Shown here in pieces: positions 1 through 8,155 of a stretch of 26,427 nt of DNA (the stretch's first letter is position 1; the number at the start of each line of letters is the position of its first letter). Both the position numbers and the translations under genes were made by a program. Source of the stretch: a virus (taxonomy: Duplodnaviria > Caudoviricetes); IMG/VR virus record IMGVR_UViG_3300038313_000459, positions 1-26,427 of that record; one strand, 5' to 3'. Below the pieces are notes generated by a model that did not search any database, had not been told where the DNA came from, and saw only the letters and a program-made list of their open reading frames with translations.

Positions 1-810
1 TTATCCCTCTGCGACGGCCCAGTCGAACAGAAACGAATCCGTTTTCCTGCCCGCCGCCGGTCTGATCAGATATTTTTTCAGAAGCTCCATTTCGCGGAAC
101 CCCGTTTTCCGATAATAGGCGTGGGCGATCCCGCCCGCGATACAGCCGACCGTATCCGTGTCGCAGGTAATGCTCATCACGTTGCGGATGCAGCTTTCCC
201 AGCAGTCGCTTTCCAAAAAGCAGCGGATGGCAAGCGGCACGGAGCCGGCACAGGTAATGTCGTATTTTGCAAACGGCCTTCGCATCCGAAGGCTTCGCTG
301 AAGATGGTAAGGGTAATTTTTTTCGATGCGGTTCCGGATTTCCTTTTTGGAGCAGCCCTGCCGCGCCAGAAAAATACACGACGCGACCGCCTGCGCGCCC
401 GCGACGCCATCCGGATGATCGTGGGTGCACATCGCGCTTTTCCCGGCCTCTTCCTTCACCTTTTCCAGCGTTTGAAAGTATTCCCCGATAAATCCGACCC
501 GCATGGCCGCGCCGTTCCCGAAGCTCTGATACGGCGCGTGGGACGGCCCGCGCAGCCACTGCTGAAACATAGGCCCGTACCCCGCGTTCGGATATGACTT
601 TCCAAAAAGCAGATACGCCTTTGCATAAGGGATTTTCTGGAGCACGGCGTACTTCGTCGCGACCGACATCACCGTATCGTCCGTATAGAAACAATCGTCT
701 TCAAAAAGCCGGACCGTTTTGCTGTCGAATTTCTGCGGCTTGCTGAATTCGAAACGGGAACCGGCAATATCGCCCAAAATTTCCCCCAGCATCCCCCTCA
801 CTTCCCTCAT
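1..810 (-). CDS. ADP-ribosylglycohydrolase family protein (DraG/ARH-like), host gene
   Basis: Motifs GDIAGSRFEF, YTDDT, SFGNGAAMR, THDHP and DTDTVGCIAG are typical of the family. GC-rich, host-like. The true start may be the second Met (MLGEILGD). Confidence 0.93.
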   Translation of the reverse strand: MREVRGMLGEILGDIAGSRFEFSKPQKFDSKTVRLFEDDCFYTDDTVMSVATKYAVLQKIPYAKAYLLFGKSYPNAGYGPMFQQWLRGPSHAPYQSFGNGAAMRVGFIGEYFQTLEKVKEEAGKSAMCTHDHPDGVAGAQAVASCIFLARQGCSKKEIRNRIEKNYPYHLQRSLRMRRPFAKYDITCAGSVPLAIRCFLESDCWESCIRNVMSITCDTDTVGCIAGGIAHAYYRKTGFREMELLKKYLIRPAAGRKTDSFLFDWAVAEG

Positions 811-1086
811 TTTATGATAATATGATGTTAAGCTGGAAAACCGTTTTAAAACGGAAAAATTTTTAAATATTCAAAATTCATCCTGCTTGCATGTTCTCTC
901 AGGCGTCGGAGGCTCTGCCTCCGCTTACGCCGTGAGGTTATTATAACATGAAAGCATGGACGTGTAAATGAAGAAATCGAACATAAAAAATCCCCCGCAC
1001 CATCGGGATTTTCCAACGGAACGGGGCGATGCATTTTGGATTTTTATCCGAATTTCTCACTTTTTGCTGAAATTTCATAAGAATCA

Positions 1087-1132
1087 AAAAATTTTATCAT
1101 AATGAAAAAATATTCATTATGATAAAATTTTT
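1087..1132. repeat. Perfect 20-bp inverted repeat
   Basis: AAAAATTTTATCATAATGAA-aaaata-TTCATTATGATAAAATTTTT. Confidence 0.9.
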
Positions 1133-1143
1133 ACTGTATTGGA

Positions 1144-1330
1144 TCAGTTGTTCTTGAAAAGTGGAATTTTAACTTGAATCTGTGCCTGTTCCGCCCATTC
1201 CAAAAGGATTCATGGAATTTCTCGTAATGGCGGAATCCTCTTTTCATTCTGCAACATCATTTTTCATGACGGAAGCATCTTGCTTTAAGCCGCTGACATC
1301 CTGCTTTAGCCCGGAAGCGTTCTTCTTCAA
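1144..1330 (-). pseudogene. Degraded small heptad-repeat coiled-coil protein
   Basis: Minus strand reads LKKNASGLKQDVSGLKQDASVMKNDVAE*KEDSAITRNSMN and, after a frameshift, LLEWAEQAQIQVKIPLFKNN*. It has a 7-residue repeat, one in-frame stop, one frameshift and no clear start. Confidence 0.55.
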
Positions 1331-1336
1331 AAAGAT

Positions 1337-1373
1337 GCCCTGCCTGACCGCAGATTCTGCAGTCAGACAGGGC
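1337..1373 (-). terminator. Probable intrinsic terminator downstream of the spo0A stop codon
   Basis: GC-rich stem GCCCTGTCTGACTGCAGA...TGCGGTCAGGCAGGGC followed by ATCTTTTT on the minus strand. Confidence 0.65.
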
Positions 1374-1457
1374 AAAAATAAAGCTTTTTTATCGGATTCA
1401 TCGCTCCGAACTCATTTCCATTTTTCTGGAAAAATCCAGTGTACAAGCCATTTTTTA

Positions 1458-1585
1458 TCAGCTCGCGGATTTCATTTCCAGACGCAGCTTGTCACTGATC
1501 ATCGCGATGAATTCGCTGTTCGTCGGCTTTCCGCGCGTATTGTGGATGGTGTAGCCGAAATAGGAATTCAGTATATCGATATCGC
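1458..1585 (-). pseudogene. spo0A: Orphan 3' end of spo0A (sporulation master regulator, last 41 aa), cut off by the element insertion
   Basis: 1583->1458 translates as [41 protein letters not shown]. This contains the Spo0A C-terminal signature FGYT...[15 protein letters not shown]. Upstream, the expected AW(D/S)RG is replaced by unrelated GFMRVC. Confidence 0.92.
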
Positions 1586-1744
1586 AAACCCGCATGAATC
1601 CTGAGTTTTCAAGAATTTGAATATCATCTTAAACCAATGAAGATTATAATTCCACTCCAATACTTTATTGGTCTGCATCCTGTCTCTTTATTGGTCTGAG
1701 TATATCACGCCATTTCAATGAATGCAAGTCCCATACCAATGAAG
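1573..1744. other. Putative attachment junction (att) with arm-type repeats
   Basis: Palindrome ATATCGATAT at 1573-1582, next to the spo0A breakpoint. Four copies of ACCAATRAAG at 1633-1642 (+), 1663-1672 (-), 1686-1695 (-) and 1735-1744 (+). Base composition changes here. Confidence 0.7.
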
Positions 1745-1802
1745 GATTATAAAAAATATTATTTTAATTATATATGATATATGTATTTCTTGTTTATTTC
1801 TC

Positions 1803-1831
1803 TTTACATACTCCAATAATTGTTATAGAAT
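1803..1831 (+). promoter_or_regulatory. Putative sigma-A-type promoter
   Basis: TTTACA-17 nt-TAGAAT upstream of RBS AAGGAG and the ATG at 1861. Confidence 0.55.
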
Positions 1832-1860
1832 AAATTAAACCAAATAAGGAGTTGATATCT

Positions 1861-2097
1861 ATGCCTCGCGGAAAACAGCTTTCCGACGAAGAGAAACTAC
1901 AGAGGATTGATGATCAAATAGCAGATGAGGAAACTAAAAAGTCTAAGATCAACGAACGGATCAAAGATTTACAGGCTCAAAAACAGGCGATTCTTGATGC
2001 TCAGAATCAAAAGAAGCTGGAGAAACTTCAGGAATTCATCAGCAAAACGGGAAAGTCACCAGATGAGATCATGGCGATTCTCAAAGAGAAAATCTAA
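1861..2097 (+). CDS. Small coiled-coil protein (78 aa), function unknown
   Basis: Has its own promoter, RBS and terminator. Charged heptad pattern ending in KLEKLQEFISKTGKSPDEIMAIL. Confidence 0.8.
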   Translation: MPRGKQLSDEEKLQRIDDQIADEETKKSKINERIKDLQAQKQAILDAQNQKKLEKLQEFISKTGKSPDEIMAILKEKI

Positions 2098-2120
2098 TCT
2101 ATGCAATAAAAATTACAGAA

Positions 2121-2164
2121 AAAAAATAACGGCAATGGCTATATAGTCACTGCCGTTATTTTTT
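2121..2164. terminator. Bidirectional intrinsic terminator
   Basis: AAAAAATAACGGCA...TGCCGTTATTTTTT between convergent genes. Confidence 0.85.
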
Positions 2165-5087
2165 ACCTTTTATTACGATTTACAAATTGATCAACCGTAG
2201 AACCAAAATTCTTTAATTCGCGGGTGATCTTATTAACTTCATCTTGGGCAATTTGTTTCATTTGGGCTATTACCTTTTCATCTGCATTTCCCTGAACCGT
2301 AATATTTCCCATTTTAATTTTAAGATTGATAGGAGTATTATTGTTATAAGAATATGAATTAGCGCTCGCAGCCGCTGTTTTTAAGCCGTTCATCCCATTA
2401 ATGCTTGTCCCTAATGTCAAATCAAAATTAGTAGGTATCGACGCTTGCATCATTGAAGCAACGGATTTCATATTTTCTATAAATCCTTGACCAATACCGA
2501 GAGCCATATACCTGCCGACTTCATCAGCGAAGATTTGAGAGGGAGAATGTATTTTTAGATGATCTTTGAATCCTTTAACTATCCCACTACAAAAATCAGA
2601 AATACGATCATGTAACCAACTAATTGCTCCGTTGATACCATCCCAAATACCGTGAACAATGTTCTTTCCGATATCAAGCATTTTTCCGGGCAACTCTCCG
2701 ATAAATTCCATAACCTTCGCCACAAATTTGGGAATTTCTGTTCCTGCTGTAGAGACTAAATTACCACACCATGTTTTAACTTTATCCAGAGTATTTAATA
2801 GCCAAGTCCATACCTTACCCGGTAATCCGCTAAACCATGTTCCAATGCCGTTTATAATTTTTGGAATCTGTTGTGACAAGTAGTTCCACGTATCAGTTCC
2901 CCACTGTTTAATTTTGGTAATTGTATTTAATAACCAAGTCCATATTTTACCAGGTAATTGAGCGAACCAATTGATAATTCCATTAATTATCTTCGGCAAC
3001 TCTGTTGTTACCCAATTAAATGCGTTTACTCCAAAATTAACAATACTTGCAAAGACTGTTCCAATGATATACCCTATTTTCTCAGGCAAAGTTGCAAAGA
3101 AATTAATAAAATTATTAACCCATGTCGGAATTGTCGCTGTAAAGAAGTTTCCTATTTCATTCCATAAACTTGTAAAGAATTGCCCTACCTGTGTCCATAA
3201 TCCATTCCACCAAGCAGGAATCGAATTAAACAAAGATACAAGGCCGTTCCATGCTCCCGGTATCGTTGTTGTAAAGAACCCTACAATAGCATTGACAACA
3301 GTTGTTATAGTCGTTTTAATACCGTTCCAAACCGCTGTAACAGTATTCCGAAATCCTTCATTTGTGTCCCACAAATGCTTAATTCCGATTACTAATAAGG
3401 CAACTACCGCTGTAACCGCTATTACCGCCGCAACAACAGCACCGGCAGGAGTTAAAGCAGCACTAAAAGCTTTAGCTAATGTACCCCCACCTTTCAAAAC
3501 TTTTTGGAAATTGGATACAGCTGTCATCGTTTTACCGACACCAGAAGTCAATGCTCCGATTCCAGTTGTCATTTTACCGACTATAAGAAGGGCGGGCGCA
3601 ACAGCAGCTACAATACCAGCAATTTTTATAATCGTTTCTTGCTGTGCGGAATCCAAACTGGAAAACTTATTAACTAACCCTGTGATACTGTTTGCTATAT
3701 TGGTAATTGTAGGCGCTAAAGCGGTTTGAATCTTTATCGCAGCGGTTTCAATCGATCCCATCATCTGTTCTATACTTCCTTTGGTATTGTCCTGCATGGT
3801 AGAAGCCATTGCTTTAGACGCACCATCGGAGTTTTTCAAGGATGCCGTTAATTTATCCAGATTGGAACTTCCGTCTTTTAACAGTACTTGCATACCGCTT
3901 AAAGCGTTTGTTCCCATAATTGTCGATACAACTTGATCTCGCTGTTGATTTGATAGACCTTTTGTTTTGGAATTTAAATCGGCAATGATATCCGATAGCG
4001 GTTTCATTTTTCCTTGACTGTTATAAGCTGAAAAGCCTATGGATTGCATTGCTTTAGCTGCTTCGCTTGATGGATTCATCAAATTAGTTAACGCTCCACG
4101 AAGGGTAGTTCCAGCTTGTTCACCTTTTATTCCCTGATCAGCCATTTCACCAATAGCGGCGGTTACTTGTTCCAAACTCCATCCAGCAGAGTTAGCAACA
4201 GGAGCTATGTATTTCATAGCTTCACCCAAGGAAGCAACAGAAGCATTTGTATCAGCGGATGATTTCGCCAATACGTCCGCAACATGTCCAGCGTCACCAG
4301 CAGCTAAACCAAAACCACGAAGAGTAGAAGCACATATATCACTACTGCTTGCAAGATCCTCCCCGCTGGAAGCCGCTAAATCCAACATACCCGGCATAGC
4401 CGACATAATCTCTTGGGTACTAAAACCTGCACTTGCAAGGTTCTCCATACCTTCAGCTACTTCCCCAGCAGAGAAAGCGGTATCCTGTCCAAGCTGTAAT
4501 GCCTGATTCCTTAATGCTTCAAAATCTTGTCCAGTTGCCCCGCTTATCGCTTTAACACGACTCATTTGTGCTTCAAAATTATCACCAGCTACAACAGCAG
4601 CAGTACCGATCCCGACAATAGCACCTGTTACGGGCATTAAGGATTGTCCGGCACCGCTTATCTTTTGTCCGGCGCTTGATATCTTCTCCCCTGCATTTTG
4701 CAAATGAGTTCCTAATATTGATCCTGTATTTTTTGCCTGATCTTCCAGTTGCTTTAATTTTTGCTTTGTATTCTCAATTTCCCTTTGGAAGGATCTGTAT
4801 TGTTCTTCACCTATATCCCCGTTACGAAATTGCTGTTCAACTTGACTCTGAGCGTCCTTTAAAGTATTTAGTTTATCTTTTGTTTCCGATATGGACTTAT
4901 TTAAAAGATCCTGCTTCTGCTTTAAAAGAGTAACATTATTAGGATCAAGTTTTAATAATCGCTGAACTTGTTTTAACTCTGAATTAAGATCACGTGTCTT
5001 TGTATTGACTTCTTTTAATGCGTTTTGAAGCCCTACAGTCGAGCCATTTATTTCATAAGTAATTCCCTTTAAGCCTTTATTCGCCAA
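2163..5087 (-). CDS. Phage tail tape measure protein (TP901-family core)
   Basis: 974 aa. FEAQMSRVKAISGATG...LRNQALQLGQDTAFSAGEVAEGMENLASAGF core and Trp/Phe-periodic repeats. Lies after the tail chaperone. TTG start with GGTGA RBS. Confidence 0.96.
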   Translation of the reverse strand: MANKGLKGITYEINGSTVGLQNALKEVNTKTRDLNSELKQVQRLLKLDPNNVTLLKQKQDLLNKSISETKDKLNTLKDAQSQVEQQFRNGDIGEEQYRSFQREIENTKQKLKQLEDQAKNTGSILGTHLQNAGEKISSAGQKISGAGQSLMPVTGAIVGIGTAAVVAGDNFEAQMSRVKAISGATGQDFEALRNQALQLGQDTAFSAGEVAEGMENLASAGFSTQEIMSAMPGMLDLAASSGEDLASSSDICASTLRGFGLAAGDAGHVADVLAKSSADTNASVASLGEAMKYIAPVANSAGWSLEQVTAAIGEMADQGIKGEQAGTTLRGALTNLMNPSSEAAKAMQSIGFSAYNSQGKMKPLSDIIADLNSKTKGLSNQQRDQVVSTIMGTNALSGMQVLLKDGSSNLDKLTASLKNSDGASKAMASTMQDNTKGSIEQMMGSIETAAIKIQTALAPTITNIANSITGLVNKFSSLDSAQQETIIKIAGIVAAVAPALLIVGKMTTGIGALTSGVGKTMTAVSNFQKVLKGGGTLAKAFSAALTPAGAVVAAVIAVTAVVALLVIGIKHLWDTNEGFRNTVTAVWNGIKTTITTVVNAIVGFFTTTIPGAWNGLVSLFNSIPAWWNGLWTQVGQFFTSLWNEIGNFFTATIPTWVNNFINFFATLPEKIGYIIGTVFASIVNFGVNAFNWVTTELPKIINGIINWFAQLPGKIWTWLLNTITKIKQWGTDTWNYLSQQIPKIINGIGTWFSGLPGKVWTWLLNTLDKVKTWCGNLVSTAGTEIPKFVAKVMEFIGELPGKMLDIGKNIVHGIWDGINGAISWLHDRISDFCSGIVKGFKDHLKIHSPSQIFADEVGRYMALGIGQGFIENMKSVASMMQASIPTNFDLTLGTSINGMNGLKTAAASANSYSYNNNTPINLKIKMGNITVQGNADEKVIAQMKQIAQDEVNKITRELKNFGSTVDQFVNRNKR

Positions 5088-5111
5088 TCAATTTTTCACC
5101 TTCTTTTACAT

Positions 5112-5144
5112 AAAAAAGCTGCCGCACTATTGTACGACAGCTTT
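5112..5144 (-). terminator. Intrinsic terminator inside the late operon, directly upstream of the tape measure gene
   Basis: Minus strand GCTGTCGTAC-AATA-GTGCGGCAGC-TTTTTT; the two non-Watson-Crick positions are G-U pairs on this strand. Confidence 0.75.
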
Positions 5145-5147
5145 AAA

Positions 5148-5333
5148 TTAATCCGATCTATATATTACTTTTTGTGTTTTATTATAATCGTTTAATAGTT
5201 GTTTTATACTTTTACTTAGTTCAATATACCTATGTTTCTTTTTAGGTCTTTGTCTATTAACAACAGTTATATAAACTTTTTCTTTAGTATGTTTCAAAAT
5301 ATAATTCATCTGATCTTTTGTAATTAATTTCAA
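5148..5333 (-). CDS. Small basic hypothetical protein (61 aa)
   Basis: ORF with TTG start, very AT-rich, located between the chaperone and tape measure genes. Confidence 0.65.
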   Translation of the reverse strand: MKLITKDQMNYILKHTKEKVYITVVNRQRPKKKHRYIELSKSIKQLLNDYNKTQKVIYRSD

Positions 5334-5347
5334 ACTTTCACTTCCAT

Positions 5348-5590
5348 TTAAAAAGCATCGAAGTCGGATTGTGTCGCTTGTCTTACATCTGATTGATTGC
5401 TTTGATTTCCTACACCATACCTTTGTTTCAAAATATCAGTATAAGAATAGATATACTCTATAATTCTTCCTATATTTAGATCATCTATTTCGGCAATAGA
5501 CAAACCGTTTGCTTTACAAAGCGCAAGAAATTCCTCCGTACTTATTGGCTCTGTATCTTCATCTTCGAATTGACTATCACCGTTTACCCG
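5348..5590 (-). CDS. Tail assembly chaperone -1 frameshift extension (lambda gpT-equivalent part of G-T)
   Basis: Open -1 frame RVNGDSQFEDEDTEPISTEEFLALCKANGLSIAEIDDLNIGRIIEYIYSY...VRQATQSDFDAF*. It has no ATG and is entered at the A AAA AAC heptamer (5596-5590). Confidence 0.8.
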   Translation of the reverse strand, partial: RVNGDSQFEDEDTEPISTEEFLALCKANGLSIAEIDDLNIGRIIEYIYSYTDILKQRYGVGNQSNQSDVRQATQSDFDAF

Positions 5591-5967
5591 TTTTTTGGTG
5601 TATTCATTTCAATCGATTTTTGAAGTAATTCCATAATAGGTTCAATAATATCTGCAATTGGGAATACCTCAAAACTATCAAGCCAAGATTGAGGATCAGG
5701 TAAATTCGGATCGGCGGTCTTCGCCATTGTCCAAGAAAGATTATAAACCAATTCAAGATTAAGTTTTGTAAAATCATATTCATCTTGAAAAGTTATTTTA
5801 CCATCTGGACTTTTTACTTTCTTTTTGGTTTTGCTTTCTTCAAACTTCATCAGATCGGCTGCATCGGACAAAAATTCTCTTCCAAATTGATTTTTATATC
5901 GATATAGCGTTCCACCCGTCGCTTTGAAAGTAATATTCCTACCATCAATTTTTAATGTTTTCTCCAT
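5584..5967 (-). CDS. Tail assembly chaperone (gpG-like)
   Basis: MEKTLKIDG...YRYKNQFGREFL...WTMAKTADP...WLDSFEVFPI. Lies between the tail tube and tape measure genes and ends in a slippery sequence. Confidence 0.85.
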   Translation of the reverse strand: MEKTLKIDGRNITFKATGGTLYRYKNQFGREFLSDAADLMKFEESKTKKKVKSPDGKITFQDEYDFTKLNLELVYNLSWTMAKTADPNLPDPQSWLDSFEVFPIADIIEPIMELLQKSIEMNTPKNG

Positions 5968-5986
5968 TTATCATAAATCTCCTTTT

Positions 5987-6538
5987 TCATGTCGGAATGT
6001 AAACCTTATTGAACCAATTGTTATAAATATCAGCCGTCTCAGGTGTGTTTTCTACGTAACACTTGATATAACGATTTTTATATAAAGGCGATAAAGCTAA
6101 GATTGGTAAGCTATCACCTTTTACATCCACGCTGTTTTTGATTGTATCCGCCGCAATATCCGGATACCATACCCTGCACCGATAGAGTACATAACGTCTT
6201 TGCCGTATATTACCCTGTAGTTCAAACAATAATGCAAATTCATTTGTACCGTATTTTACAGGCTCACAGACAGTACCATTTTCAACAACCTCATTCAAAA
6301 TATCTTGACGAAACTGTATTGGAAGATCGGTAAACTGCAAAGTACCATTATAGGAATGAACAGTGTTAAAAAATATTGCTGGATTATTATCACTTCTACT
6401 TGCTATCTCATGATTATCTTCTGATTTCAGTGATAGACTGACGGCACCCGGAATCCTTACCGGCTTATTATAATCAGGTGTGAATTGGCTATTTAATTTT
6501 GCATAATAGACGTTTCTCAAACCGTAAACGATATTCAC
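5987..6538 (-). CDS. Major tail protein paralog 2 (phi13-family-like)
   Basis: YGLRNVYYA, IPGAVSLSL, FALLFELQG...RYVLYRC and WFNKVY; collinear with the upstream paralog. Confidence 0.85.
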   Translation of the reverse strand: MNIVYGLRNVYYAKLNSQFTPDYNKPVRIPGAVSLSLKSEDNHEIASRSDNNPAIFFNTVHSYNGTLQFTDLPIQFRQDILNEVVENGTVCEPVKYGTNEFALLFELQGNIRQRRYVLYRCRVWYPDIAADTIKNSVDVKGDSLPILALSPLYKNRYIKCYVENTPETADIYNNWFNKVYIPT

Positions 6539-7113
6539 GCTTCAGTTCCGCCCCCAACAGTGGGAATATAAACCTGAGTGTACCAACTTTGATAAGCAGT
6601 ATGAGTTTCCGTAGTATCATCCATATGTTCTTTGATCTTTCCATCAAGATCGCCACCAACAACAGGCATCACGGTAATGTCAAGCGATGATTCTTTTGTG
6701 GAAACTTTATCAGCAATACTTTCGCTTTCGATGTTCGGACGCGCAAACGAAACTCTGTATAGTACATGCCGACGTGCCGACTGATCGCCTTGAAACTCAA
6801 ATAGTAATGCTGCCTCATGTGGATTGTCATTTGAACTTTCAACAAGGCCACCGTTACTATCTTTTGTCATCCCAAGCACATCAATAAGAAAGTCATCAGG
6901 GATAACCTGAAAAGAAATACTTCCCGTATACCCACGGTTAATTTGCTTATTGACAAGTTGTACATCATCACCGTAAGCGGACAATTCGGAATTTGCAGGT
7001 TTTAATGAAATACTTGTTGCAGTAGTAATTTGTTTGGGCGTTTCATAAGTACCATCTTCAGTAAACAACGCATAATAAACATTTCTAAGACCATATTTGA
7101 TTTTATTAGACAT
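6535..7113 (-). CDS. Major tail protein (phi13-family-like)
   Basis: NKIKYGLRNVYYA, GYTGSI, ALLFEFQGD...RHVLYRV..ARP and WYTQVY. Confidence 0.92.
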   Translation of the reverse strand: MSNKIKYGLRNVYYALFTEDGTYETPKQITTATSISLKPANSELSAYGDDVQLVNKQINRGYTGSISFQVIPDDFLIDVLGMTKDSNGGLVESSNDNPHEAALLFEFQGDQSARRHVLYRVSFARPNIESESIADKVSTKESSLDITVMPVVGGDLDGKIKEHMDDTTETHTAYQSWYTQVYIPTVGGGTEA

Positions 7114-7127
7114 TATATTATCACTCC

Positions 7128-7451
7128 TTAAATTTCAATTTCATAAAGTATTTCAAACATTTTTTCTTCTTTTATATATGATTCAGCTTTATCATAAAAA
7201 ATAGACGCTCCATCTAAAGCGTCCTCTAATTTTTGTTCTATTTTTAGACTTTTATAATCCGTGTAAAGCTCAATATTACAACGATTTAACTTAGCTACAA
7301 CCCGATCATCACCTGAAATATTATCCGATTCTTTTAAGTAATAGCAAATATAAGGCGGCTGTTTTACTTCCCCGCCTGAAGATTCAAAGCTGTGATATAC
7401 AACAGGCAAACCAGTGGATTCAAGCACATCTTTAAGGTCTATTATTTTCAT
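7128..7451 (-). CDS. Tail terminator / tail completion protein
   Basis: LESTGLPVVY...PPYICY...IELYT...EKMFEILYEI. Synteny fits. Start moved to ATG 7451 (RBS GGTGAG). Confidence 0.75.
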   Translation of the reverse strand: MKIIDLKDVLESTGLPVVYHSFESSGGEVKQPPYICYYLKESDNISGDDRVVAKLNRCNIELYTDYKSLKIEQKLEDALDGASIFYDKAESYIKEEKMFEILYEIEI

Positions 7452-7452
7452 A

Positions 7453-7836
7453 TTACTCACCAGCCGTCTTTGCAATTGATTCATCAATCTCTGATTCGAT
7501 CTTTTGACAATTAGGTTCTATGTGCGGAATACTTTCCGTTCTCGAACCGTCCCTATTCATATGTCCATTTTCAAGCAAATGAGTTATTTGCGGCTTATTC
7601 TTATTGTGGACAACATAAGATATATTTAAGTTATCCTCATACTGCTTTGTAGCCGTCCATCCTTTACTGTATTCCCCACTCTTTTTGGGGGAATCCTTTT
7701 TAATATTTTCAGCTAATTCTTTGGATTTATCAGTTAAGATGCTTTTAATTTCTTTCGTCTTTTCATCGGAAAACTCCTGTAAAGATTCCGCGATTGTGGC
7801 CCCAAGAGTATCAGCAGTAACTCTTACATCATCCAC
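7453..7836 (-). CDS. HK97 gp10-family neck protein
   Basis: SPKKSGEYSKGW...VHNK...THLLENGH...PHIEP motifs. Confidence 0.85.
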   Translation of the reverse strand: MDDVRVTADTLGATIAESLQEFSDEKTKEIKSILTDKSKELAENIKKDSPKKSGEYSKGWTATKQYEDNLNISYVVHNKNKPQITHLLENGHMNRDGSRTESIPHIEPNCQKIESEIDESIAKTAGE

Positions 7837-8155
7837 CTACTCTCACCTCGCAATATAATTCTGTACATTCTCCCGTAGTATCATAAACGCGGTATATATC
7901 GTATATAGTCCCACTCTCATTCGCTGGAAACCGTAATTTAATTTCTCCATTATATTCTCCTGTCCGGACAATAAACACAGATTCCGGTTTGATTCCAGTT
8001 TGACCGCAAAGAAAGTATTCATTTTGAGGAATACTTTTCTTAGCCGCATAAACAGTTCTGTAAATCGTTTGATCTGGAATCTGTTGTCCTAATTCATCCT
8101 CCGTATAGGTTTGTGAAACTAAATCAATCGTTTGATTAAAAATAGCTTTACTCAT
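7829..8155 (-). CDS. Head closure / head-tail adaptor protein
   Basis: DELGQQI...VYA.KKSI.QNEYF..GQTGIKP...EYNGE...YDIYRVY...ELYC; synteny fits. Confidence 0.8.
   Translation of the reverse strand: MSKAIFNQTIDLVSQTYTEDELGQQIPDQTIYRTVYAAKKSIPQNEYFLCGQTGIKPESVFIVRTGEYNGEIKLRFPANESGTIYDIYRVYDTTGECTELYCEVRVGG

Noticed and set aside
121-1034. Alternative ORFs 121-597, 177-410, 267-491 and 846-1034
   Set aside because: They overlap the well-supported hydrolase gene or lack an RBS and recognizable motifs
1458-1595. In-frame ATG at 1595 that could express a 45-aa Spo0A C-terminal peptide (MRVCDIDIL...)
   Set aside because: Only a weak RBS-like CAGGA very close to the ATG and no clear promoter; probably a chance product of the junction, though not excluded
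1182-1604. 140-aa plus-strand ORF
   Set aside because: It is the antisense shadow of the spo0A remnant, its terminator and the coiled-coil pseudogene, and it crosses the att junction
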